A stretch of 42,726 bases of DNA from a virus. Lineage: Duplodnaviria; Caudoviricetes. The notes beneath the pieces are model-generated. The model ran no database searches. It worked only from the letters and a program-made list of their open reading frames with translations, and was not told the origin of the DNA. The DNA is taken from positions 1 to 42,726 of the IMG/VR virus record IMGVR_UViG_3300005323_000364. The stretch is one strand, 5' to 3'. Position 1 is the stretch's first letter. Each line of letters opens with the position of its first letter. The translations under genes and the position numbers were made by a program. This document shows, in pieces, positions 1 to 8,889 of the stretch.

Positions 1-105
1 TGTAATTTGCTCTGTCAACATGCTTGAAAGATCAAGTTTATGTGCCTTGACATCCATTCTGTACTGCTCAGGTAGATAAACGGTTGTCTGCCACTTTTTT
101 CCCAT
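1..105 (-). CDS. Partial ORF running off the window edge; ribbon-helix-helix / CcdA-like DNA-binding protein
   Basis: Hand-translated MGKKWQTTVYLPEQYRMDVKAHKLDLSSMLTEQIT; GGAGGT SD upstream; beta-strand (TTVYLP) plus helix pattern typical of RHH proteins. Confidence 0.45.
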   Translation of the reverse strand, partial: MGKKWQTTVYLPEQYRMDVKAHKLDLSSMLTEQIT

Positions 106-304
106 AGAGGAATTACCTCCAATTTCAACTGGCGTGTATGACTAGAAAAGGGTTACGGTTTAATCGTCTACAGATTGTCAGTACATATCCGCCACAAGTG
201 TCCCAAACAGACTTGCTCGTGCTTTGTACAGTGTCCATTCGACATCCTCGTCGTCGTCTTCATATTCGTCACCACGGCTCGGGTTCTCACACTCGTCCGC
301 CATT

Positions 305-805
305 TCAATTCCCTCCTAGGATCTGTTTCTGGTCAGTATATATCGCTACCATCATCTGGTTCATTGTCGTTCTAATCTCCTTGTCAGTATCGATCAGTCC
401 CTTCTCAATCATGGACTTCACTAACCCCGTGGCACATGCAGCAGCAGAGTTCATGATCCTGAGATCGTCTCCCATTGTCCCCGTGGAACGAATCCCACTA
501 GAAACAGACGGGGTGGCGGTGGACAGTTTCTCCGCTGCGGACTCGATCTTCTCGGCAAATGTGTTCATTGCTAGTGCCTGTGCTTTGGATGGAAATTCCG
601 CCTTCCAGTCATTGTAATCCTTCATGTATGAGACAGTCTCTCCCTTGAGCGAGAGATAGACCTGTTGTCCTGGTTTATACTTCTTGAGAAACCGCTGGGG
701 ACTCTCTGCGACCTTGTAGACAACACTCTCAATCTTTACCGTAGTCTCCCCGACTTCATCGAGGACACCAATAACAACATTACCCTTTCGTGGAATAGTT
801 ACCAA
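305..805 (-). CDS. Hypothetical viral protein (166 aa)
   Basis: Clean ORF tiled in the minus-strand operon, overlapping the upstream gene end; no motif recognised. Confidence 0.65.
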   Translation of the reverse strand: MVTIPRKGNVVIGVLDEVGETTVKIESVVYKVAESPQRFLKKYKPGQQVYLSLKGETVSYMKDYNDWKAEFPSKAQALAMNTFAEKIESAAEKLSTATPSVSSGIRSTGTMGDDLRIMNSAAACATGLVKSMIEKGLIDTDKEIRTTMNQMMVAIYTDQKQILGGN

Positions 806-1176
806 CTCCTGTGTGCTTCGTGGACAGTTTCAACACCGTCATATTCATCAATGTGCCAGTTGATGCCGTCGGGAATTTCTATGATCTCAAGGCCGGCACA
901 CGATCCGTTTGCACCTTTGCCGAGTGCTTCGACCACTGCGATAACGTCTGGGTGGGTTCTAAATTTGTTATCGTCACTCGAAACCTCGTCTGGTGTGCTT
1001 AGTATCGCATATGTACTCATAAAACCATCATATGTCACAATGTTAAACGTCTCCCAATCTTCGGTAATTTTTCCGTTCCCGAGTGTGTATCCTCGGTTCT
1101 TCATCAACCATTCACATGCAGCATCGGACAATCCGAAACCGCCATAACATCGGTTTACAACAATTTTCACAGTCAA
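799..1176 (-). CDS. Conserved phage hypothetical protein (KIVxNRCYGGFGLS family)
   Basis: N-terminal VNRCYGGFGLS, RTHPDVIAVVE and C-terminal IDEYDGVETVHE motifs recalled from a widespread phage family; AGGAG SD. Confidence 0.75.
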   Translation of the reverse strand: MTVKIVVNRCYGGFGLSDAACEWLMKNRGYTLGNGKITEDWETFNIVTYDGFMSTYAILSTPDEVSSDDNKFRTHPDVIAVVEALGKGANGSCAGLEIIEIPDGINWHIDEYDGVETVHEAHRSW

Positions 1177-1237
1177 AACTCCTAGTAATAGATATGGGTT
1201 ATAAAAGAGGATTAATTGTTCGGTTTGCTATTCTAGA

Positions 1238-1441
1238 CTATGCCTCGATAAGTTCCCCTTTTTTATATCGGCGGGAGAACGATCGGGACAGTCTCATGTA
1301 TTCGTCTGCATCAATCGGCACCGGACGATCCGGGAACATTTCTAATACAATTGTATAATCGTAGGTAATTCCCGTTTCTTCGTCTTTCTTTCGCGTTGCG
1401 CAGAGGGACTGAATGTCCCCGATATCGAATTTTGTTCGCAT
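1238..1441 (-). CDS. Hypothetical protein (67 aa)
   Basis: AGGAG SD upstream; ORF followed by a T-rich terminator-like tract. Confidence 0.55.
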   Translation of the reverse strand: MRTKFDIGDIQSLCATRKKDEETGITYDYTIVLEMFPDRPVPIDADEYMRLSRSFSRRYKKGELIEA

Positions 1442-1601
1442 CTTTACATCTCCTTAGATCAGTGAGGGTATTACCTCGATGATCAACCAATCGATGAATA
1501 GACATCCAAGATAATAAAAGTAACTCAAACCGAATGCTAACAGAAGGCAATCCAACCAGTGGACTATACACCATGAGAAGAATGTACCGAATCCTCCCAT
1601 G

Positions 1602-1880
1602 CTACTGCACCCGCCCGTGATTATCAGTGACAGTGAATCCGCGACTCTTCACTTCCTCAAACAGTCCGACGGAATCGTCATCGTACCATTGTGATAGGTT
1701 CTTCAGCATGTCTCGATAACACTTGAGACGCCTATCATCACCCGTCGCTTTAAACTTGTCTATGTTGTCGTGGATCTTGTGTATCCGGTCCTTGAACTCT
1801 GCACATGTGACAATTACGAGATACCCGTCTTCTTCCAATCGTTCTATAAGGATATCGTCGTCGTATTCATCAAGTGACAT
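1602..1880 (-). CDS. Hypothetical protein (92 aa)
   Basis: GGAGGTG SD; start coupled to the upstream stop. Confidence 0.6.
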   Translation of the reverse strand: MSLDEYDDDILIERLEEDGYLVIVTCAEFKDRIHKIHDNIDKFKATGDDRRLKCYRDMLKNLSQWYDDDSVGLFEEVKSRGFTVTDNHGRVQ

Positions 1881-2245
1881 CAGTCACACCTCCAAAAACA
1901 CTGAAACGATCTGACAAGTTCAGGGTTCCCCTTTTCGTCTCGACCCACAACCGCCCTAGGGTGCGTGTTGGGCGTGATAACGTCGGTTCTATCAGGCACC
2001 GCCATTGCCACAAGTGACGATGTAATATAGATAACTCCCGGTTTTGGTGCGTCAAGTCCCACGACGGTTCCCCAGCGGGTTTGTAACACGTCGAATCCGT
2101 TGATATTTCCTTTCTGATCCTGTGTTGAGAATACCCGTGCCTCTGTTCCAGAAGGAGGGATAGATTCGACACCACCATCTGATCGCAATACGTTAATATG
2201 ATGCTTTGTCAGGTTTTCGAATTTAATTTCGTCCATTTTAATCAT
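1880..2245 (-). CDS. Conserved viral hypothetical protein (NLTxH...IPPSG..ARV...IxSxLVA family)
   Basis: NLTKHHINV, IPPSGTEARV, GLDAPKPGVIYITSSLVA and RTDVITP motifs recalled from a common phage/archaeal virus family. Confidence 0.75.
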   Translation of the reverse strand: MIKMDEIKFENLTKHHINVLRSDGGVESIPPSGTEARVFSTQDQKGNINGFDVLQTRWGTVVGLDAPKPGVIYITSSLVAMAVPDRTDVITPNTHPRAVVGRDEKGNPELVRSFQCFWRCD

Positions 2246-2459
2246 CTCCTAGATCGAAGTCGTCTTCTAATATCTCAATTGCAATCCGAACTCCCTTCCG
2301 GGTATTATATGTCGGTTCGTCGATGTGTGGATCTCCCACGTTTGCAATCTCTTCGTCACGCATATCAAAAATCCACTTTTTCAGAGTATCGACCCGGACA
2401 TATCCAGGAATCTCCTCTAATACCTGTTTTTGATCGTCGGTTAGTTCCATCGTTGACAC
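2238..2459 (-). CDS. Hypothetical acidic protein (73 aa)
   Basis: Tiled ORF in the operon. Confidence 0.6.
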   Translation of the reverse strand: MSTMELTDDQKQVLEEIPGYVRVDTLKKWIFDMRDEEIANVGDPHIDEPTYNTRKGVRIAIEILEDDFDLGDD

Positions 2460-2711
2460 CTACGGAATGTATCGCTTGCGCTCTTTCCAGATGTAGTTAA
2501 CAGCATCTTCAACCGATTGGATCTCCAATTTTTCATAATCTGATGGATATCCACCGATATAGAGGGTAATCTTCCCGTCTTCTGGCCGTTCGTCGGTTGT
2601 AAATACTGTATATGCACCAACCCTCTCGTATGAGTCAAGCACAACACCATCTTCAGCAAGCATTCTCTTAATCATTGCCTTGTTTTTAATCCGAGCATTA
2701 AGTTTCGTCAT
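2460..2711 (-). CDS. Hypothetical protein (83 aa)
   Basis: GAGGTGA SD; tiled ORF. Confidence 0.6.
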   Translation of the reverse strand: MTKLNARIKNKAMIKRMLAEDGVVLDSYERVGAYTVFTTDERPEDGKITLYIGGYPSDYEKLEIQSVEDAVNYIWKERKRYIP

Positions 2712-2925
2712 TTGTGTTCACCTCATCATATTTGTTATACTTACAGAATATGTCAATACATTTGTCACAGTTACATTCCATACATGGATGGACTTCTACC
2801 GGGATATTATCGGCGGGATCTGGTTCTATATCTGAATACTGATCCACTCCTCCGTGTCCCGTGATATGATTATCCAGGGATCGTAACTCCCTTGCAGTCA
2901 TGAATCCTTTACTCATAATAACCAC
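2698..2925 (-). CDS. Cys-rich microprotein
   Basis: CMECNCDKCIDIFC motif; tiled ORF. Confidence 0.55.
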   Translation of the reverse strand: MVIMSKGFMTARELRSLDNHITGHGGVDQYSDIEPDPADNIPVEVHPCMECNCDKCIDIFCKYNKYDEVNTNDET

Positions 2926-3262
2926 AATCGTAACACTGTTCTACATCATATCCACTGTCGTGAATACCATGTACGCATGCATGGATCTTGTGCATGATAC
3001 CACTACATTTAGGACACCTACCGGCATAATCCATTATCCAATCGAGATAGAGGACTTCATCTTTACCGAACATCTCAGTAGCAATGATATGGGTATATTT
3101 CTGTCCTGCATTGCGGATAGGATTGACTCGTCGGCATCCGTCTGGAGGCATTTTACCTTTCTTTTCAAAGTATAATCCATTTGTAGGATGATACCAAGGG
3201 AGATCCCCTTTGTCTTTTGCATTAACATAATCGGTTTCATATATACGGGTTTTTGGATTCAT
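2909..3262 (-). CDS. Zn-ribbon protein (117 aa)
   Basis: CPKC...CYDCG pairs; GAGGAG SD. Confidence 0.6.
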   Translation of the reverse strand: MNPKTRIYETDYVNAKDKGDLPWYHPTNGLYFEKKGKMPPDGCRRVNPIRNAGQKYTHIIATEMFGKDEVLYLDWIMDYAGRCPKCSGIMHKIHACVHGIHDSGYDVEQCYDCGYYE

Positions 3263-3264
3263 TA

Positions 3265-3489
3265 TTAATACTCCTCATAGTCTGGAGGTTCGTGTGCCGC
3301 ATCCATCGCTTTCTGAATACATGGACAATCGCATTCCGATCCGTTCTCGATATGTTTGCATACCTCGACACATTTACACGAATCGCAGGTTTCATCACAT
3401 ACATGTTCAAATAGGATATCTTCGGGTCTATTGCCGGGCAAGTCCGATTCAAAACAACCTGGTGGAAGGTTCCAACCTGATTTAAGCAT
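3265..3489 (-). CDS. Cys-rich microprotein (GWNLPPGC...DLPGNRPED motif)
   Basis: GGTGA SD; seven Cys in the C-terminal part. Confidence 0.6.
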   Translation of the reverse strand: MLKSGWNLPPGCFESDLPGNRPEDILFEHVCDETCDSCKCVEVCKHIENGSECDCPCIQKAMDAAHEPPDYEEY

Positions 3490-3500
3490 TTAGATCACCA

Positions 3501-3671
3501 TTACCAACCAGAATCGAACATTGAATATTTATAATAACACGCATAACTGCAAAACAACAACGCACTTTGACCGATATACTTTTCGTACATGTATAATTTT
3601 TTCACTCGCTTCCCGCAATATTGACAGATGTTTTTTGATGGATCTGCATATCTAACTGTGTTGCGTTTCAT
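3501..3671 (-). CDS. TRASH/MYM-like Zn-finger microprotein
   Basis: CQYCG...FCSYAC; start placed at MKRNT after an AGGAG SD. Confidence 0.5.
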   Translation of the reverse strand: MKRNTVRYADPSKNICQYCGKRVKKLYMYEKYIGQSALLFCSYACYYKYSMFDSGW

Positions 3672-3684
3672 GTTAGTTACTCCT

Positions 3685-3930
3685 CTAATGGTGGATAATA
3701 CGCTTAACGCTGGATTTAATCTCAGCAATAAGATATCTGCATTCGTGTATCAATTCCGGGCATGTAGATGGATCGTGACCATGTGGACACAGATCAGCGT
3801 ATCCGCATAATTCTTCCAACCAATCTTCGGTATATTCGCATATCCCGAGAGTTACACCTGCCGCGTATGCGTCCGGGCATTTGGATACATATGTGGATGC
3901 ACATTTATCGAGAAATTGTTTAGATTTCAT
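3685..3930 (-). CDS. Cys-rich hypothetical protein
   Basis: Tiled ORF; start placed at MKSKQF. Confidence 0.5.
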   Translation of the reverse strand: MKSKQFLDKCASTYVSKCPDAYAAGVTLGICEYTEDWLEELCGYADLCPHGHDPSTCPELIHECRYLIAEIKSSVKRIIHH

Positions 3931-4390
3931 CCTCTTCAACCTCTACAGTTTCTTCGAGAATGTCCCGGATATGGGACACCAGGGAATGATAAATCTCCTC
4001 CTTCTCCTGCCATTGTGCATACTGGAGAGCAGATACAAGATTCTTACATTCCGTCTCTTGCATTGCATCATCAACGCGACCGATACGGGATGTATCATCC
4101 ATTAGCCAGGACAACAGGTCCGAAGTATAGATATCTGCTTCAAGTTCCGGAGAATCGATATCATCGGAATCTGATATCTCGGCGAGAGATTCACGGATAA
4201 CGCGATACGTGAAATCATCTGGGAGTCCCTGATCGGTATCATCGTGGACCGCATGGATGATATCCGTATATTCCTGTTCTCGTCGTCCTTCTTTAAGTCG
4301 GACGAAGTTAGATCCATCGGGTCTAGTCGCAACTTCCATTGATGCATACATAATGTATGCATAGTTTTTAACGTCGGTATCATCTACCAT
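3920..4390 (-). CDS. Highly acidic protein, candidate Ocr-like DNA mimic
   Basis: About a quarter of residues are D/E (hand count ~41/156); EADIYTSDLLSWL segment resembles Ocr-like proteins; AAGGAG SD. Confidence 0.5.
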   Translation of the reverse strand: MVDDTDVKNYAYIMYASMEVATRPDGSNFVRLKEGRREQEYTDIIHAVHDDTDQGLPDDFTYRVIRESLAEISDSDDIDSPELEADIYTSDLLSWLMDDTSRIGRVDDAMQETECKNLVSALQYAQWQEKEEIYHSLVSHIRDILEETVEVEEDEI

Positions 4391-5173
4391 TGTTTTTCAT
4401 CTCCTTTAGTTCAATTTCGCGCCCATAGGAATGCCCTAGAGGCTTTACGATTTGAAAAAGGAATTAATCGAGTAACGTTTTAGCGGGTCTTAGAACCATT
4501 TTTCCTTCATCGGTATAATGATCGATCTCATATAATCCACCATTATGAATGATAATACCTGATGGTTTGTTGTCAATTACAAGAGATTCCATTGTTTTCA
4601 CCTAATTTTAGATACTCAAAATACGATACATCTCAAGATATCCGAATAATGCATACGGATTATTCGAGTTAATCCACATTCTCAGCCATAGATGGAGTAT
4701 GATAATCACCTCAATCGTATGTCTCGTGATACGAGGCCATGACCTGGAGGATGTAATCCAGTGTTGACACAATAGTTTTTGATTCAATGTTTCCAGCATT
4801 CGCAGATTCAAAGTAATATGCTTTGTTCGCTGCGATATCGTCGATTAGATACTGTTCTAAATCCATAATTCACCTCTATCTAATGCACGGACATCGGATA
4901 TCCCGGTATCCTTTATGCTCTGAAAGAGGTATTGATATTCCGAGTATCCTATAGGACACTCAATAGATAGAACATAGTGGCTTATGTCTATCCAATCTCG
5001 TACAGAAATATGAACCAACTGAGGTATAAGGCATGTCGACTCCGTTTTAGTTGTAGTTTGATAAATCACTCTCCTTAATCTATTCTAGGTCGATAACCAG
5101 AGTGTTACCGACTTACTAGATAAATAAGAAGATATTTCATATCTTCAGTCGATTCTTTCAGAATCTCCAAGAG

Positions 5174-5383
5174 TTAATCGAGCAATCCCAACTTGTGTAA
5201 AACTTCTTCTTCTTTTTCTGAGATTAGTTTATTGTCCTTCCAATAATACGAAAACTTGCGGCACGAATCACATTGGAAGGCATCAATATACCCATCGTCA
5301 TTGATGCATACATTTCCTTTGAATGCTACATATTCCCCGCAATTGGCGCATATGTCGCCTTTTGTTATTCCATCTACTGACAT
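5174..5383 (-). CDS. Zn-ribbon microprotein
   Basis: CANCG...CDSC; GGTG SD. Confidence 0.55.
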   Translation of the reverse strand: MSVDGITKGDICANCGEYVAFKGNVCINDDGYIDAFQCDSCRKFSYYWKDNKLISEKEEEVLHKLGLLD

Positions 5384-5583
5384 AATTCACACCATTGATA
5401 CAATGATAATCATATACGATACGATCACGCATAAGCATGATAACGCGAGTAATGCGTATTTGTACACGTTTCGTTTCACTCCACGGTGATTACTTCATAA
5501 TCACCATTAGTTTTTACATGCCCCGTTATACGGGGATAATCGTCTATCAGGATTGAACCTTACTCTCTAAAAGAGATAGATGA

Positions 5584-5856
5584 TTATATGATCATTGGTG
5601 AAACTTCATATTTTGGGTTGTCGTGTTCTTCTTCCGCGTCTTCTTTGTGCCATTGTAGAACCTTGTTCGCGATTGTCAGCGCGACATCATCAGACAATGT
5701 GGCAATGCGCTCAATACTTACATTGCTGGTAAACTTCTGCCAATCTCGGCACATCTGATCGTATGCCTCTTCGCTCTGTGAGATGTTGATAACCTCATCA
5801 CAGACATCCGATGATCCATAGTAGCAAAACGTGATTTTGTACACAATGCGTGCCAT
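5584..5856 (-). CDS. Hypothetical protein, first gene of the left operon
   Basis: Start placed at MARIVY after a GAGGT SD. Confidence 0.6.
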   Translation of the reverse strand: MARIVYKITFCYYGSSDVCDEVINISQSEEAYDQMCRDWQKFTSNVSIERIATLSDDVALTIANKVLQWHKEDAEEEHDNPKYEVSPMII

Positions 5857-5864
5857 TTTCATTA

Positions 5865-6140
5865 CCTCTGTTTTTTTGTAGCAATCACCAGACGTGATCA
5901 CTAATCCACAAAACAAGACAACGCGCGTTCTCACATAGGCACCCTTCACCATACCCGCTCAAATGTCGTATCCTCATATCCGGGAGACTCCTCCCGATCG
6001 CATACGGCGCTTCCGGTTCTTCAGGTTTGCTTACTTTACCGATTGGAGATATCTTGCCTCACCAACCGCATTACAACCCACTGATTGATCCCAGTGTTAG
6101 GTATCATCAATTGTCTTTGGAGGGTGCTTGCCTCTTGACA
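5865..6140 (-). ncRNA. Long structured 5' leader or ncRNA of the left operon
   Basis: At least five stem-loops between the promoter and the first SD; no credible ORF. Confidence 0.5.
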
Positions 6141-6176
6141 TCATCACTGTCAACGCTTCAGAATATATACTTTTCA
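6135..6176 (-). promoter_or_regulatory. Archaeal BRE/TATA promoter with an inverted-repeat operator over the predicted start site
   Basis: Minus strand GAAAAGTATATATT; perfect inverted repeat TTGACA-N7-TGTCAA at 6135-6153. Confidence 0.6.
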
Positions 6177-6179
6177 TGA

Positions 6180-6950
6180 TCGTTTTAGTATAATATTAGA
6201 ATACTTAACCTATCGAATAATAATACATCCAACCACTTCGACAATTAACGAAGTGACACTCTCCCCAGGTCCATAACGCGCACCACTACCAACCACCTGC
6301 CGCACTACAATGCGCTACAACTAATCTTGAAATCGGAGTAACGATAACACCTAGTGATCTACCTAGTCGATAGTTACCCTAGACCTAGATGAGATGATGT
6401 CTTAGATCGACGATATGAACGTCTGAGAGTGCTTCTATGACTACCGCTCTCTATCCAATATGGTATAGTATTCAATTCTATTCTAATTGAATACGAATAT
6501 ATTCTAATTAAGTATTAGTATTCTAATTAATATGGTGTTCATTAATATATTAATTAATAAATTAATTTAATATATACTATATGGCGTCAAGCCTCGCAGA
6601 GCACATGCACCATGCACCATCTGGAGCACGGCCTAGCACATTTCGCAGAATTGCATATTCTGCGCACTACATCATACTTTGAACCGAATATAAACGCAAC
6701 GGAGCACGATAGGTAAAAGGAGCACGCTTCACAACGCCACCAGGTCCCCAAAGCATCTAGGAATCGTTCCGAAAACCCCGCTAAGTACCTCATATAAATT
6801 TGAGGGTATCAAGTAAAGGTTAAGAATCAGAATAAAACATACCCAGAATATAATTGAATTGAATATATTCTAAAAATATATGAGCCGAATATAGAAGCGA
6901 TTTAAGGCAGTGTAATAGTAAAGATGATAGGAAGTATGGGTAAGGGGGAG
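6180..6950. repeat. Non-coding repeat-rich / AT-rich block (candidate genome terminus, pac site or origin)
   Basis: CCTAG x4 (6350-6390), ATTCTAATT x3 (6480-6530), near-pure AT tract 6540-6582, GGAGCACG x3 (6620-6730). Confidence 0.55.
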
Positions 6951-6958
6951 AGAGTGTC

Positions 6959-7153
6959 TTAGAGAGACGCTGTATGCGTCTCAGACGATTCTGTGTGTAT
7001 CACAGAATCTACAATCGCTACCGTGTTTGTATCAGGTACATCCTCAATAAGTTTTACAATGCCACTCGGGCCACTCGCAGTCATATACAGGGGCACGAAC
7101 CTGCACTCTGATCGATATTCAATCCACTTCCCATTCTCAAAGTGTCCTGTCAT
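6959..7153 (-). CDS. Hypothetical protein (MTGHFENGKWIE motif)
   Basis: GAGGTGA SD; GHFExGxW N-terminus. Confidence 0.6.
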   Translation of the reverse strand: MTGHFENGKWIEYRSECRFVPLYMTASGPSGIVKLIEDVPDTNTVAIVDSVIHTESSETHTASL

Positions 7154-7159
7154 GCGTCT

Positions 7160-7402
7160 TCACCTCTGTGAAGCGCGACGTTCACACAGTGAATTGTCAT
7201 AATACTCGGCAAATCTCCGTCGAATGGTTTCCATATACGGTCCAATATCCATAATTATTGCACACCCTGGTTCCCTGAACGGGTCACACCAGATCTCATA
7301 TCCCAATCTCTCGATATAGTCTCGATCTTCTTTTAGGAATGTGTCGTAGTCTTTTGGGTGCAATCTGAGAACAAGTCTCACAGTTCCTCCAGATATCGTC
7401 AT
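7160..7402 (-). CDS. Hypothetical protein (80 aa)
   Basis: Tiled ORF. Confidence 0.55.
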   Translation of the reverse strand: MTISGGTVRLVLRLHPKDYDTFLKEDRDYIERLGYEIWCDPFREPGCAIIMDIGPYMETIRRRFAEYYDNSLCERRASQR

Positions 7403-7432
7403 TTGTCGAACTTCCTGTAAAATATACGGGGT

Positions 7433-7933
7433 TTAGAGACATGCGCCCATCGCAACCCCGATCATGACCCCGACGAACCATGAAAATATAAACAACGGTC
7501 GATTGGAACCATCTTCGGTTTTCTTATACGTCAGTTGCGCCTCCAACCCGTCTACCTTGTGTTCAGCATCTTTGAATTTCTTATAGAGTTCCGGATCCGA
7601 TGTCTTCTTTAGATATCCAATCTCCGACATATACTCATACGACTTTTGTCGATATTCTTCCAAAGAACTTCGACAATTGTCGATGATCGCATCCTTCTGC
7701 TTAATGACTTCGAGTAGTGCGTCTATCTCTTTCGCTTCGTATTCCAGTGGGATCTTGGGTTCGGGGGTATCTACCTTGAACCACGTCGCATTGCCCCCGT
7801 CTTCAAAATATGGACATGTCGTTGGTGCGATTGGGGCCGCCGTTTTGGGAAAGTCGTCGCGTATCTCCTCGGTGTGTGTACATGTGTGAGTGCCTTTACA
7901 GTTCTCACACGCGAATGTAACATATCTAGTCAT
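7433..7933 (-). CDS. Cys-rich, coiled-coil protein with C-terminal transmembrane anchor
   Basis: CENC..C...CP N-terminus, heptad-rich middle, LFIFSWFVGVMIGVAMGACL tail. Confidence 0.65.
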   Translation of the reverse strand: MTRYVTFACENCKGTHTCTHTEEIRDDFPKTAAPIAPTTCPYFEDGGNATWFKVDTPEPKIPLEYEAKEIDALLEVIKQKDAIIDNCRSSLEEYRQKSYEYMSEIGYLKKTSDPELYKKFKDAEHKVDGLEAQLTYKKTEDGSNRPLFIFSWFVGVMIGVAMGACL

Positions 7934-8001
7934 ACTAAACCTCGTCTACGGTATATTCATCGCTCATATCGTCAGGAGAAACGCAGGAAATCTCTCCGAT
8001 T

Positions 8002-8430
8002 CTACGCATCCTTGATCGCCTCCATCAACGCTTTTGTCATTACATTACTCTTCGAATCGAAGAACGAAACGCGATAGTGATATTCGAGAGGGCCATTGAT
8101 CATATCCCCCCAGTTCTTGTAACCCTCTATATACACTCCCAGTGGTTCTCCGGTGAGTTCGAGGAACTTCTTCGCAACACGGCACACCGTCTCTGGGTGA
8201 AATGTCGTCACTCTTGCATTGGTGCTGTGTCCGAATGTGTATCGCTTACCCATTCCAGATGCCATTAGGGATGTCGAATCCATATACTGATAGGACGGGT
8301 CCCATTCGTTGTTGTCGTGGTCGAACCCTACGACTGTATGTGCATCGGTCTTAATTTCCCATGAATCTCGATTTGACAATTCCATCCCCATCCTCAACCG
8401 ATTGTTTCTGGAACCCCGCCCAATGGACAT
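8002..8430 (-). CDS. Hypothetical protein (142 aa)
   Basis: Clean ORF in the operon. Confidence 0.6.
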   Translation of the reverse strand: MSIGRGSRNNRLRMGMELSNRDSWEIKTDAHTVVGFDHDNNEWDPSYQYMDSTSLMASGMGKRYTFGHSTNARVTTFHPETVCRVAKKFLELTGEPLGVYIEGYKNWGDMINGPLEYHYRVSFFDSKSNVMTKALMEAIKDA

Positions 8431-8538
8431 TTCAATTTGTCACACACTGGTAACAGTTCCGTGCGGTCGGGGTGATCGCAGATTACGACACCCCACATCG
8501 CATGTCGATGCCACAATTGACATGGGACAAGAAGTGGT

Positions 8539-8889
8539 TCACTTGACAATGGTAATCGCCTTCCCGTATTTCAGTTCATAGAGAACCTGTTTAATCTTAA
8601 AAACAGGAGTAATCATTCCCTTCACATCTACCACCTCTTCTCTACCGTCCCGGTACGTGACCAGGAAGTCAGCAACGTAGTGCTGGGCTCGTCTCTTGAC
8701 TCCTTCGGCATTGATGTATTTCGGAGTGAGTTCATAGCGCGGGTGAACAGTGAGGTTAACGACTTCCGGATCGAGTTTGTATTCGAGGTAATAGTCTCGT
8801 TCTCGCTGTGAGTCGAAGGTATATCCGTCGAGTTTGACTTTGACGTTACCATACTTCGACTTTCCACCGGGTTTGTATGTTCTCGGCAT
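8539..8889 (-). CDS. DUF1064-family PD-(D/E)xK endonuclease (resolvase-like)
   Basis: KYGNVKVKLDGYTFDSQRE and YVADF...VVDVKGMITPVFKIK motifs. Confidence 0.85.
   Translation of the reverse strand: MPRTYKPGGKSKYGNVKVKLDGYTFDSQRERDYYLEYKLDPEVVNLTVHPRYELTPKYINAEGVKRRAQHYVADFLVTYRDGREEVVDVKGMITPVFKIKQVLYELKYGKAITIVK

Noticed and set aside
6587-6793. 68-aa minus-strand ORF in the non-coding block
   Set aside because: No SD, and the composition simply mirrors the GCAC repeats
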